A stretch of 64,000 nt of DNA from an uncultured Acidobacteriota bacterium (GCA_963770895.1 CAVYRF010000001.1:1376001-1440000), one strand, 5' to 3'. Counted from the first letter of the stretch, positions 11,201 through 20,709 are shown. The notes: generated by a model not told the origin, from the letters alone. A program made the numbers and translations.

Positions 11201-13207
11201 TCACGACAGAGGGTAACCGCGCTTCATACGGAGGATGCAGCGCTCGAACGCGGTCGCCGTCGTCGCCCTCAGCCGCTGCATGTCCTCGAGATCGATCCCC
11301 GCGAACCCGCGGTTGCCGCCATCCGCATAGATGACCATGACCAGCCGATCGCGCAGGCGCACCGGCAGTACGACGCAGTCGCGCGGCAGCCCGCCGCCCC
11401 AGCACAGAGCCAGTTTGCGGTGGGCCTGCATGGCCGGTAACGGCCCCAGGTGCATGCCGCTGCCCTGCTGCAGGTTGAGGAACACCGACGGCTCGTCGAA
11501 GCCCACCTGGTAGCGCGCGAACGCTTCCTGGTCGATGCCTTCGCCGGCGGCCATCCAGCCGGTCACCCGCGTACGGGTGATCTGGAACAGCGCCACGCGC
11601 CGGAAGCTTTGCGCCAGGTAGCTGAGCACGATGCGCCCCACTTCCTCACGGTCGGTGGTGGCGGCGAACTCGGCTTCGACCTGCGCCACGTCGGCCGGGG
11701 CCTGGCGCGGCGGCGCCGGCGCCGCCGCCGGGGCCTGGTCGCCCGAGCTGCCGGCAGCCGGCGCGTCGTCCAGCCCCAGCGACGAGCGCTCCTCGGCGCT
11801 GAGAACGATCTTTTGCACCACGTGGACCGTTCCCGTCGCCGTCCGCCGCGGGCCGGCGGCGGTGTCGGGGGCGGCGGGCAGGACGGTGGCGTGGGCGCCG
11901 CTGGCGCGCGGGCCCAGCACGACGGTCGTTTCCAGGTCGGCCGCCCGCCTCGCCGCGCGCGCCGCGGCGGCCGGCAGCGGCGGCAGCGCTTCGTCCGGGA
12001 TGCCGGCGGGCCGCACCACTTCCAGCGGACGCACCGCGGCGGCGGGGCGCACCGCCCGGTCCGGCACGGCCTCGGACGGCTGCGGCGACTCGGCCGGTGA
12101 GGCCGTGACGCCCGGAGGCTGCCCCGGCACCTCCGCCGCGGTGTCGTCGCCGTCGAGCGGGGGTGTCGTCGCCGCGGGTGCCGCGGGCACGGCGCCGGCT
12201 TTGGCGGCTTCGCCGGACGCGGGGCCGGCATCACGGTCGCCGACGGCAGCGGCGGCCCCGGTGGCGGCAGGGCCGGCGTCGGCAGGGCCGGCGGGCGCGG
12301 TGTCGGGAGAAGCGGGAGCAGAAGCGGGAGCAGAGGTGGCGGCGGGCGCGGCAGGCTCGACCCGCGGCGCGGCGGCTGCCGGCTGGGGCGCGGCGGCAGC
12401 GGTGACGACCGGCGCGGGCGGCGGTGTCGGCGCACCCCGCTGGCGCTGCGGCCGGGCACGCAGGTCGAGCTCTTCGAGCGGCGGCAGGATCTCGCCGCCG
12501 CCGCCGTCGGCGCCGGCGGCCGGTGGCTCGCTGGGGTTGGCGGCGGTGCGCGAGCGGAACAGCGACCGGCGGCGCGGCAGCGGCGGCAGCGCCGGCTCGG
12601 GCAGCGGCGGCGGCGCCATGCGCGGCGGCGCACCCAGCAGGTCGCCCGCGGGCAGCGCCCGGAGCACTTCGGTGCGGTCGCCGCGGGCTTCGCCGGCGGC
12701 GGCACCCGCACCGCTGCGCTCGCCCCACAGGTAGCGGGCGCGGTTCAGGCGGTCGAGCAGCAGGCCGTAGCGCGACGGGCACTCCTCGCGGTAGTAGCGC
12801 TGCAGCGCTTCGTAGATGCGCAGCTCGTGCAGGACGTGGACCTTGACCCGCCGGCCGCAGGCAAAGGCGATCTCGTCCTGGCCGACCAGGTTGCGCGGGT
12901 CCTGCATGGCGACGTCGAGGCGCCCCCCCGCCACCCGGAACGGCACCGCGCGGCAGCGCCGGGCCAGCTTTTCGGGGATGAGGTGCAGCACTTCGTCCGG
13001 GATGCCGCGCAGCTCTTCGATGCCGGCCGCGGGCACTCCCTGCTGTTCGGACAGGGAGCGCGCCAGCAGGTCTTCGCCCAGCACGTCCATTTCGATCAGG
13101 CAGGTGCCCAGGCGGCCGCCGACCGAATTCTGGCTTTGCAGGGCGCGGGTGAGCTGCTGGACGGTGATCCAGCCCCGCGCGACGAGGAGCTGTCCGAGCT
13201 TACCCAT
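11201..13207 (-). CDS. Protein with N-terminal MshEN/T2SSE_N (GspE N-terminal) domain, long Pro/Ala linker and C-terminal GAF-like domain
   Basis: [24 protein letters not shown]...RLGTCLIEMDVLGEDLLARSLSEQ tandem motif, LIPEKLARRCRAVPF, VAMQDP; no ATPase domain. Confidence 0.75.
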   Translation of the reverse strand: MGKLGQLLVARGWITVQQLTRALQSQNSVGGRLGTCLIEMDVLGEDLLARSLSEQQGVPAAGIEELRGIPDEVLHLIPEKLARRCRAVPFRVAGGRLDVAMQDPRNLVGQDEIAFACGRRVKVHVLHELRIYEALQRYYREECPSRYGLLLDRLNRARYLWGERSGAGAAAGEARGDRTEVLRALPAGDLLGAPPRMAPPPLPEPALPPLPRRRSLFRSRTAANPSEPPAAGADGGGGEILPPLEELDLRARPQRQRGAPTPPPAPVVTAAAAPQPAAAAPRVEPAAPAATSAPASAPASPDTAPAGPADAGPAATGAAAAVGDRDAGPASGEAAKAGAVPAAPAATTPPLDGDDTAAEVPGQPPGVTASPAESPQPSEAVPDRAVRPAAAVRPLEVVRPAGIPDEALPPLPAAAARAARRAADLETTVVLGPRASGAHATVLPAAPDTAAGPRRTATGTVHVVQKIVLSAEERSSLGLDDAPAAGSSGDQAPAAAPAPPRQAPADVAQVEAEFAATTDREEVGRIVLSYLAQSFRRVALFQITRTRVTGWMAAGEGIDQEAFARYQVGFDEPSVFLNLQQGSGMHLGPLPAMQAHRKLALCWGGGLPRDCVVLPVRLRDRLVMVIYADGGNRGFAGIDLEDMQRLRATTATAFERCILRMKRGYPLS

Positions 13208-13332
13208 GCTCGCGAGATGATGGAGTGGTCAAAGGCGAGAGGCTGCTGAAGGGGTCCGGGGTTGGTTTCCTAACTTACTGTCTAGTAGCCACTTATCTAC
13301 TGATCCCGGATTATAGAAGCGGCTATGCAGCC

Positions 13333-13362
13333 TTGTAAAGCGCCTTGCCGCGCTGCTATCCT
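13333..13362 (+). promoter_or_regulatory. Promoter, probably giving a leaderless TPR transcript
   Basis: TTGTAA, 18 nt, TGcTATCCT; ATG follows the -10 by 6 nt with no SD. Confidence 0.5.
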
Positions 13363-13368
13363 CAATCA

Positions 13369-15495
13369 ATGTCGCGGTCTCTGCGTCCGTCCCCCTCGCT
13401 GGCCCCCCTCCTGCTCCTCCTCGCAGCCGCCGCCGCTCCGGCCCATCTGGCCTTCGCAGCCCAAGAGGTCCCTGTCGACGCCGTCCAGGCGCCGCCTGCC
13501 ACCTCGTCCGGCCAGCCTGCCGCCCAGCCCGACCTGGCGGCACCCCCGGCGCACGCCGCCGCCGCGGCGGCGGCGGACTCTGCCGACTACGACTTTCTGA
13601 TCGCCAACCTGCAGGCATCCGACGGCATGCTTTCCGAGGCGCTGGCACTGTTCGAAAAGGCGGAAAAAGACCGCCCCGATTCCGCCTATGTCCACCTCGA
13701 GCACTCCCAGGTGCTGGGGCGCATGGCCCAGGCCAGCCGGCCGGGCACGGCGCAGACCAACTACCTGCGCCAGGCCGCGGCCCAGGTGGACAAGGCTCGG
13801 CAGCTGGCGCCGCACAACCTGGACGTCCTGCGCGGCGTCGGCGCCGTCTACATCGAGCTGGCTTCGGTCGACCCGCTCGCCGCCACCACCGCGCTCGACG
13901 CCCTCCAGACGGTGCACCAGAGCGAACCTGACGACGTGCAGACGGCGCTCAACCTCGGGCGGCTCTACCTCGAGCAGCAGCAGGCCGCCAAGGCGGCGGC
14001 GATCTTCCGCGACATCATCGAACGCTTCCCGCAACAGCGCGCCGCCTATGCCCTGCTGGTCGAATCGCTGCTGCGCGACGACAAAGGCAAGGAAGCCGAA
14101 GCGGTGCTGGCCCAGATCCTCGACTTCGAACCCGATGCGATCGAAGCGCGCCTGACCCTGGCCGAGCTGCAAAACCGCCGCGGCGACTACCGGGCGGAGC
14201 TGGCGACGCTGTCCGCCGCGCCCGCCGACGAACAGCCCGATCCGCGCCTGCAGCGGCAGCTCGGCTGGGCCTACTACATGACCGGCGACATCAACCGGGC
14301 TCTCGCCACCGTCGATCCGCTGCTCGCGCACGGCGGCGACGCCGCGACGGCCGCCGACGGCGAGGACTCCCAGCTGCTGCTGCTCAAGGGGCTGATCCTG
14401 GCGGCGCGAGGCGACAACGACCAGGCGGCGGAAGTGCTCGAAAAGGTGCGCGGCACGCGCCCCAACGACCCTGGCCTGGCCAGCATCACCTCCAAGGTGC
14501 TGGCGCGCGCCGGTCATACCGAGCGCGCCGCCCACGTTCTGGCGGAGCTCGATTCCGGCCTGGCCAAGGCGGGCAAGCAGGACGAAGAGCACCAGGCTCG
14601 CCTGGAGCTGGCGCAGGTCTATTACGACGCCAAGGATTGGGACCGGGTGGGTGAAACGCTGCAGCCTTTGCTGCGTCTGGCCGCCGACGACCAGGCGGCG
14701 CGCGAATCGGCGCAGCTGCTGGCCGCCGACGCCCTGGTGCAGCGCAAGAGCTACGACGCGGCGCTGCTGCTGCTCGACCAGGGCCAGGCGGCGCATCCCC
14801 TGCCGGCCCTGGCCGGCAAGCGCGCCGAAGTGCTCTACAAGGCCGGGCGCAGCCGTGAAGCCGGTCACGACCTGGACCAGCTGGCCGCTTCCAAGGATCC
14901 CCTGGCGGCCCTGGCGGCGGCGGAGACCTACCAGCGGTTGGAGCGCTACCCGGAATCCGTGCCGGTGTTGGAGCGCGTGCTGGCCAAAACTCCCGATCTA
15001 CAGCCGCAGAGCATCAAGGCGGCGCAGTTTCTGCTGGGGGCCGGCTATGAGCGCTCAGGCAAGCGCGACCAGGCGGTCAGCCAGTTCCGGCGCCTGCTCG
15101 ACGCCGATCCTGACTATCACGCCGCGCTCAACTATCTGGGCTACATGTACGCCGAACGCGGCGAAAACCTGGCCGAAGCCAAAACCATGATCGAGAAGGC
15201 GGTGGCGCTCGATCCTGACAACGGCGCCTACGTCGACTCGCTGGGCTGGGTCTACTACCGGCTCGGCCGGCTGGACGACGCCCGCGCGGCGCTCGAGCGG
15301 GCGACGCGGCTGGAAACCAGCGACAGCACGGTGCAGGAGCACCTGGGCGACGTCTACGGCGCCCTCGGTCAGGCCGACAGGGCAGGCGAAGCCTACCGCC
15401 ACGCCATCGCGCTCGCCGGCGCCGACGACCCCGCCAAGGCCAAAGAGCTGCAGCACAAGCTTGACACCCTGGGCGGCGGCGCCCACCGGCCCTGA
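13369..15495 (+). CDS. Exported tetratricopeptide-repeat protein
   Basis: Signal peptide, multiple TPRs, conserved C-terminal ALNYLGYMYAE...DPDNGAYVDSLGWVYYRLG...EHLGDVY. Confidence 0.88.
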   Translation: MSRSLRPSPSLAPLLLLLAAAAAPAHLAFAAQEVPVDAVQAPPATSSGQPAAQPDLAAPPAHAAAAAAADSADYDFLIANLQASDGMLSEALALFEKAEKDRPDSAYVHLEHSQVLGRMAQASRPGTAQTNYLRQAAAQVDKARQLAPHNLDVLRGVGAVYIELASVDPLAATTALDALQTVHQSEPDDVQTALNLGRLYLEQQQAAKAAAIFRDIIERFPQQRAAYALLVESLLRDDKGKEAEAVLAQILDFEPDAIEARLTLAELQNRRGDYRAELATLSAAPADEQPDPRLQRQLGWAYYMTGDINRALATVDPLLAHGGDAATAADGEDSQLLLLKGLILAARGDNDQAAEVLEKVRGTRPNDPGLASITSKVLARAGHTERAAHVLAELDSGLAKAGKQDEEHQARLELAQVYYDAKDWDRVGETLQPLLRLAADDQAARESAQLLAADALVQRKSYDAALLLLDQGQAAHPLPALAGKRAEVLYKAGRSREAGHDLDQLAASKDPLAALAAAETYQRLERYPESVPVLERVLAKTPDLQPQSIKAAQFLLGAGYERSGKRDQAVSQFRRLLDADPDYHAALNYLGYMYAERGENLAEAKTMIEKAVALDPDNGAYVDSLGWVYYRLGRLDDARAALERATRLETSDSTVQEHLGDVYGALGQADRAGEAYRHAIALAGADDPAKAKELQHKLDTLGGGAHRP

Positions 15496-16439
15496 AAATC
15501 CGCGACGGTTCCCTGCCGCGGCGTGCCGCCGCGCTGCTCGTCCTGCTGGTTCTCGGCGGCTGCGCCACCAATCGCCCGCCGGTTGGTGCGGTGCCGGCGG
15601 CGGCCCCCGGCGCTGCGCCTCGCGGCGATGCGGCCGCGGCCGCATCGCCGGCACCCTGGCAGGTGCCTGCCGACGCCTACGGCTCGCAAAGTCTCTATCG
15701 CGTGACGGTGACCGGCAGCGAGGGCGACGGCAGCGTCAAGCTGACCCTGCGTCTCGCCGCACCGGACCGCTTCCAGGCGCAGGCTGCAGACCCGCTGGGA
15801 AGGGGGCTGTGGGACCTGGACGTGGCCGGCGGCCGCGGTCTCTGGCTGGACCATCGCAGCCGCACCTTCTGCCGGCTCGCCGGGGAGGTGGAGCTGGCGG
15901 CGCTGCCGCTCGGCCCGCTGTCGCCGTCGGCGCTGCCGCCGCTACTGCTGGGGCGCCTGCCGGTGCCGCCTGCCGATGCGTCGGGCGTCGGGCGCCGGCC
16001 GCTGGGCGGCGGCGCCGGCGAGGATTGGAGCTTCCACGACGCCGCGGGCCGCCGCTGGGGGGCGGTGGTCAAGGATGGAACGGTGCTCAGCTGGACGCTG
16101 TGGCAGCCGGGGGCTGCCGCGCCGCTGCTGTCGTGGGTGGCCGCCGCCGGAGCGGGCAGCGGCGGCGCCTGGGCGGAGCTGACCGACCGGCGCAAAGGCG
16201 TTCGCGTACGGTGGCGGCAGGTGCTGCGCGAACCGTTGCGTCCATCGTCGGGATCGCCGGGGCCGCCAGGACCGCCGGCGGCGGTGCCTGGCGCCACCGC
16301 CGGGATGGGCGGGCTGGGTGGGACGGGCGGCACCGCCGGCGCTACCGGCGGCCCTGGCGACGGCACCGGTCAGCTCCCGCTGCCCGCACCGTATTCGGGC
16401 TACCGCGAAGTGGTCTGCAGCCACCCGCCGGCGGCGTGA
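15492..16439 (+). CDS. Putative lipoprotein (LolB-like position), probable CTG start
   Basis: In-frame signal peptide LKIRDGSLPRRAAALLVLLVLGG-C (Cys at 15561) lies upstream of the first canonical start (15591); CTG at 15492 overlaps the TPR stop (CTGA). Confidence 0.6.
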   Translation: MKIRDGSLPRRAAALLVLLVLGGCATNRPPVGAVPAAAPGAAPRGDAAAAASPAPWQVPADAYGSQSLYRVTVTGSEGDGSVKLTLRLAAPDRFQAQAADPLGRGLWDLDVAGGRGLWLDHRSRTFCRLAGEVELAALPLGPLSPSALPPLLLGRLPVPPADASGVGRRPLGGGAGEDWSFHDAAGRRWGAVVKDGTVLSWTLWQPGAAAPLLSWVAAAGAGSGGAWAELTDRRKGVRVRWRQVLREPLRPSSGSPGPPGPPAAVPGATAGMGGLGGTGGTAGATGGPGDGTGQLPLPAPYSGYREVVCSHPPAA

Positions 16440-16628
16440 AGCACCGGCCGGTGCAAGTGCCCCGCCCGGTTCATTCGCATGGTATTCGCTTGCCCTCCGG
16501 CCCCCTGGCGGCGTTGCGCCTCCTCGACATAGGTTCGACTATGCCTGCGTCGGCGCGCCTTGCCAGAGGACCGGACTGCGGCGCGACTACCAAGCGAATG
16601 AACCGGGCGGGCCACTGGTGACGATCAT

Positions 16629-16657
16629 TTGACAGTCCACCGCCCGGCCTCTAGCAT
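16629..16657 (+). promoter_or_regulatory. Sigma70-type promoter upstream of spoVG
   Basis: TTGACA, 17 nt, TAGCAT; a second TATAAT at 16731-16736. Confidence 0.6.
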
Positions 16658-16787
16658 ATGCCCCCGGATGTGGGACGGAGGTGTGCTCCGGTGAAGCGTG
16701 TGCTCCAGCTCTCAAAGGCTAGGACGGGTATATAATCAAGGTATTGACGCCCGTTGGCCGACCAGGGATGGTGAGAGGACGTGTGAC

Positions 16788-17555
16788 ATGGAGATCACAG
16801 AGGTCAAGGTCTTTCCGATTCAAGAGGAGAAGCTGAAGGCTTTTGTGTCGATCGTGTTCGACCAGTGTTTCATGGTCAATGACATCAAGATTATTCAGGG
16901 CAGGGATGGCCTCTTCATCAGCATGCCGAGCCGCAAGAAGAAGAACGGCGAATTCAAAGACGTGGCGCACCCGCTCAACAACGAGACGCGGCGCATGATC
17001 GAGGAAAAGGTGCTGGCCGAATACGAGCACGTGCTGAACGAGCGCGGCGAACAGCTGCCGGCGCCTCCGGCGCACGTCCTGACGGCGGTCTCCGGGTCCG
17101 CCGCCGGCGCTCCCTCGCCGCACACCGCCGCCGCCTTCGGCACCTCCGTCGCCCCGTCGCCCCTGCCGTTCCCTGTTGCCGCCGCCGCCATGATGCCGGC
17201 CGCGGCCGCGACCGGCGCGCCGCCGGCGGCGTCCCAGGCCGTCGCCAGTGCGGGCGCCAGCGCGATGGCTGCGATCGGCGCGATCGGCGCGATCGGCGCG
17301 ATGGAACCCGCGCCCCAGGCCGACCCGGCGGTTGCCACCGATGCGGTCCGCCCCGCGCACCCGGCACAGCCTTCGCAAGCGGTGCACCCGGCAGTCGCCG
17401 CGGCGCCCCTGGGGCCGTCGCATGGGTCTGCCGCCGGCGACGGGACTGGCGGAGCGGGCGGCACGGCAGCACCCGCGGCGCCGCCAGCCGGCGAAAAGAC
17501 CCTGGAGGAGATCGAGGAGCTGCATCTGCGCGATTCGTTCTGGACCGTAACCTGA
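16788..17555 (+). CDS. spoVG: SpoVG family nucleic-acid-binding protein with long Ala/Pro-rich C-terminal extension
   Basis: MEITEVKVFP..EKLKAFVSIVFDQCFMVNDIKIIQGRDGLFISMPSRK..GEFKDVAHPLN. Confidence 0.92.
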   Translation: MEITEVKVFPIQEEKLKAFVSIVFDQCFMVNDIKIIQGRDGLFISMPSRKKKNGEFKDVAHPLNNETRRMIEEKVLAEYEHVLNERGEQLPAPPAHVLTAVSGSAAGAPSPHTAAAFGTSVAPSPLPFPVAAAAMMPAAAATGAPPAASQAVASAGASAMAAIGAIGAIGAMEPAPQADPAVATDAVRPAHPAQPSQAVHPAVAAAPLGPSHGSAAGDGTGGAGGTAAPAAPPAGEKTLEEIEELHLRDSFWTVT

Positions 17556-17641
17556 GCTGCGCTGCAACTTCCGTCTGGTACTTCGCAAGGGGACAGGAGG
17601 ACGGGCCGGGTGCCTGGTGCGCCTCGGGGGGCAAGCGAGAC

Positions 17642-17716
17642 TGGGGCGTCGCCAAGTGGTAAGGCACCAGACTTTGGATCTGGCATTCGGAGGTTCGAAT
17701 CCTCCCGCCCCAACCA
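17642..17716 (+). tRNA. tRNA-Gln (anticodon TTG)
   Basis: TGGGGCG acceptor stem, anticodon arm CCAGA-CTTTGGA-TCTGG, GGTTCGAATCC T-loop, encoded CCA; usual position before prs. Confidence 0.97.
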
Positions 17717-17803
17717 AGCCGATCTGGATCAGGGAATCCTGAAGGCGATTTTTTGGCGGCCCCGCCCTGCGGCGGGGCCTGGCAGGTCTGCGAGCGGAGG
17801 AGT

Positions 17804-18745
17804 ATGCCTGGCGAATTGAAAATCTTCAGCGGTCGTGCGCACCCGACGCTGACGCAAGAGATCTGCGATTACCTCAACCTGCCGCCGGGCAACGTCGCGG
17901 CGCGCAACTTCTCCGACGGCGAAATCTTCTGCCAGATCGAAGAGAACGTGCGCGGCTCGGACGTGTTCGTCGTGCAGCCGACCTGCGAGCCGGTCAACGA
18001 GAACCTGATGGAGCTCTTGATCATGCTCGACACCTTCAAGCGCTCCTCGGCGTCGCGCGTCACCGCCGTGCTGCCGTATTACGGCTACGCCCGCCAGGAC
18101 AAGAAGGACCAGCCGCGGGTGCCGATCACCGCCAAGCTGGTGGCGGACCTGATCTCGCGCGCCGGCGCCGACCGGGTGCTGACGATGGACCTGCACGCCG
18201 ACCAGATCCAGGGCTTCTTCGACGTCCCGGTGGACCACCTGTTTGCCGCGCCCGTGCTGCTCGAAGCGGTGCGCCAGCTGGAGGTCCCCGACCTGGTGAT
18301 CGTGTCCCCCGACGCCGGTGGCGTCGAGCGCGCCCGCGCCATCGCCAAGCGTATGGAAGTCGGCCTGGCGATCGTCGACAAGCGCCGCACCGCCCCCAAC
18401 GAAGCCGAAGTGATGTTCGTCATCGGCGACGTCGAGGGCTGCAACGCGCTCATCGTGGACGATATCGTCGACACCGCCGGCACCCTCACCAAGACGGTGG
18501 AAGCGCTCAAGCTCAAGGGCGCGCGGCGCGTCCTGGCGGCGGGCGTGCACGGCGTCCTGTCGGGACCGGCGCTGCGGCGCATCGACGAGTCGCCGATCGA
18601 ATCGTTGCTGATCACCAATACCACGCCGCTCGATAAGAAGGTGGCGCGGTCGCCCAAGCTGAAACCGCTGTCGGTGTCCGCACTGCTCGGTGAAGCCATC
18701 CGTCGAATTCACGAAAACAGCTCGGTGAGCTCTCTGTTTGTCTGA
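17804..18745 (+). CDS. prs: Ribose-phosphate pyrophosphokinase
   Basis: FSDGEI, PYYGYARQDKK, MDLHADQIQGFF, VSPDAGGV, IVDDIVDTAGTL. Confidence 0.97.
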   Translation: MPGELKIFSGRAHPTLTQEICDYLNLPPGNVAARNFSDGEIFCQIEENVRGSDVFVVQPTCEPVNENLMELLIMLDTFKRSSASRVTAVLPYYGYARQDKKDQPRVPITAKLVADLISRAGADRVLTMDLHADQIQGFFDVPVDHLFAAPVLLEAVRQLEVPDLVIVSPDAGGVERARAIAKRMEVGLAIVDKRRTAPNEAEVMFVIGDVEGCNALIVDDIVDTAGTLTKTVEALKLKGARRVLAAGVHGVLSGPALRRIDESPIESLLITNTTPLDKKVARSPKLKPLSVSALLGEAIRRIHENSSVSSLFV

Positions 18746-18760
18746 TGGAACGAGGAACCC

Positions 18761-19399
18761 ATGAGTGAAATGACGATCGAAGTACAGCAGCGCGACACGA
18801 CCGGCACCAACAGCAATCGGCGGCTGCGCGCCGCCGGCCAGATCCCCGCCGTCATCTACGGCGCGGGCAAGGACTCGACGTCCATCCACGTCGATCGCAA
18901 GCGCCTGGTGGAGCTGCTCCGGCGCTCCGGCGGCGACAACGCCCTGTTCCTGCTGCAGCTGGCGGGTGCCGGGCAGCACGCCATGATCCGCGACATGCAG
19001 CTCGACCCGATCACCCGCGCCATCGTGCACCTCGACTTCCAGCGCGTGATGATGGATACCAAGGTCCGCGTCCAGGTGGCCGTCGAGCTGGTCGGCACCG
19101 CCTACGGCGTCAAGACCGACGGCGGCGTCCTCGACTTCTCGCACCGCGAAGTCCACGTCGAGTGCCTGCCCGGCGACATTCCGAAGGGCATCGAAGCCGA
19201 CGTCACCGAGCTCCACCTGGGCCAGCACCTGACCGCCGGCGACCTCAAGCTGCCCGAGGGCGTGACCCTGCTCGACGAAGCCGATCGCGTCCTGGTGTCG
19301 GTCATGCACTCCAAGACCGAAGCGGTGGCGGCGGGCACGGAAGCCGCGGCCGAAGGCGAACCCGAAGTCATCAAGAAGGGCAAGACGGAAGAGGCGTGA
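18761..19399 (+). CDS. rplY: 50S ribosomal protein L25/Ctc
   Basis: RRLRAAGQIPAVIYG, HLDFQRV, C-terminal EPEVIKKGK; prs-rplY-pth synteny. Confidence 0.95.
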   Translation: MSEMTIEVQQRDTTGTNSNRRLRAAGQIPAVIYGAGKDSTSIHVDRKRLVELLRRSGGDNALFLLQLAGAGQHAMIRDMQLDPITRAIVHLDFQRVMMDTKVRVQVAVELVGTAYGVKTDGGVLDFSHREVHVECLPGDIPKGIEADVTELHLGQHLTAGDLKLPEGVTLLDEADRVLVSVMHSKTEAVAAGTEAAAEGEPEVIKKGKTEEA

Positions 19400-20148
19400 C
19401 CCACCTCATCCTGGGGCTTGGCAACCCGGGAGAGGAGTACCGAGCCACCCGCCACAACGCTGGCTTCCGCGTCCTCGACCTTCTGGCGCGCCGCTTCGGC
19501 GTGCGCCTCGATCGCCGCGAATGCAACTGCCTGCTCGGGCTCGCCCACCTCGCCGCGCCGCCTCCGGTGCCGCCGCCAGCCGCCGCGGCGCAATCGCCGC
19601 CGGATGGTGCGGTGGAATCGCCGCCGACGGAGGCTGCTGGTGCGGCCGGAGTCCACGGCGCGGGGCCCCTGGCCGCTGCCGCCGCGCCGGGTGAGCCCAC
19701 CGCTCCCGGTGCGTCCGGCGCCGCGGGCAGCACGGTCCTGCTAGCCAAGCCGCAGACGTTCATGAACCGCAGCGGCTTTGCTGCCCGCTGCCTGACGGAG
19801 AGCCACGCCCTCGACGTGGCGCGGGTGCTGGTGGTCTACGACGAGCTCAACCTGCCGTTGGGGCGCATGCGCCTGCGCCGCGACGGCAACCCGGCCGGGC
19901 ACCGCGGCATGGAATCGATCATCGAAAACCTGCGCACCGACCAGGTGGCGCGCCTGCGCCTGGGCATCGCCCCCGCCGCCGGCTCGCCCGCCGGCGGCGA
20001 CGCCCTGGTCGAGTGCGTCCTGTCGCCCTTCTCGCCGGCCGAGGAAGAGGCCTTTGCACCCCTGGTCGAGCGCGCCGCCGACGCCTGCGAAACCTGGCTG
20101 CGCGCCGGCATCGACACCGCCATGAACCGCTTCAACGGCGGCGGCTGA
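19396..20148 (+). CDS. pth: Peptidyl-tRNA hydrolase with internal Ala/Pro-rich insertion
   Basis: GLGNPGEEYRATRHNAGF, LAKPQTFMNRSG, VVYDEL, GHRGMESI, RLRLGI, AMNRFN; GTG start overlaps the rplY stop. Confidence 0.93.
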   Translation: MTHLILGLGNPGEEYRATRHNAGFRVLDLLARRFGVRLDRRECNCLLGLAHLAAPPPVPPPAAAAQSPPDGAVESPPTEAAGAAGVHGAGPLAAAAAPGEPTAPGASGAAGSTVLLAKPQTFMNRSGFAARCLTESHALDVARVLVVYDELNLPLGRMRLRRDGNPAGHRGMESIIENLRTDQVARLRLGIAPAAGSPAGGDALVECVLSPFSPAEEEAFAPLVERAADACETWLRAGIDTAMNRFNGGG

Positions 20149-20235
20149 TCGGGCGCGCCGCGGCCTGGCCGCGTGCCGCGGCGGCGACCGAGAACGCGGC
20201 CGCCAGCGGAGGTGCCGCCGGCGGCCACACGGCCG

Positions 20236-20499
20236 TCAATCGCCGCAACCGAAGGGGTGTGGGGGGCAGCATCCGCCGCAACAATTGATGGCGCAGCAGG
20301 TGTACTGCTTGGCGCACAGGGTGATGCAGGCCGGGCGATTGGGATCTCCCTCCGGCGGACAAGCCGCATCGCATTGAGCTTGGATCGTGTCGCAGCCGCA
20401 ATCGTTACCGCTGCAAGCCCTTACCTTTTGTGGGTTTGCCAATGTCGCCATCAGAACCAGCCCTAGCATCGCCACCATCGCAAAAAGCTTTTTCGCCAT
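20236..20499 (-). CDS. Small secreted cysteine-rich protein (87 aa, 14 Cys)
   Basis: AAGGAGG RBS, signal peptide MAKKLFAMVAMLGLVLMATLANPQKVRA, mature CSGNDCGCD...CCAINCCGGCCPPHPFGCGD; AT-rich upstream region. Confidence 0.75.
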   Translation of the reverse strand: MAKKLFAMVAMLGLVLMATLANPQKVRACSGNDCGCDTIQAQCDAACPPEGDPNRPACITLCAKQYTCCAINCCGGCCPPHPFGCGD

Positions 20500-20709
20500 T
20501 ACGGCCTCCTTGTTATGATAGTTGTCGCTGCTCCAATTCGGCGTTGTCAACTGCAATCATATTGCACCAGATGCCTCGAATTCAACTCCTCACGCTGCTT
20601 CCGAAGGAAGCGTTCTGACAAGGGACGACCGGTTGTCCGGGCAGGAAGGTGTCAGCGGGAGGGGGAGGAGAGGGGGGAATCGAGCGATCCCCCCGTCCGG
20701 CAGCGGGAT

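Noticed and set aside
17271-17300. GCGATCGGC tandem repeat in spoVG
   Set aside because: In-frame 9-bp coding repeat (AIG x3) in a low-complexity tail; no sign of phase variation
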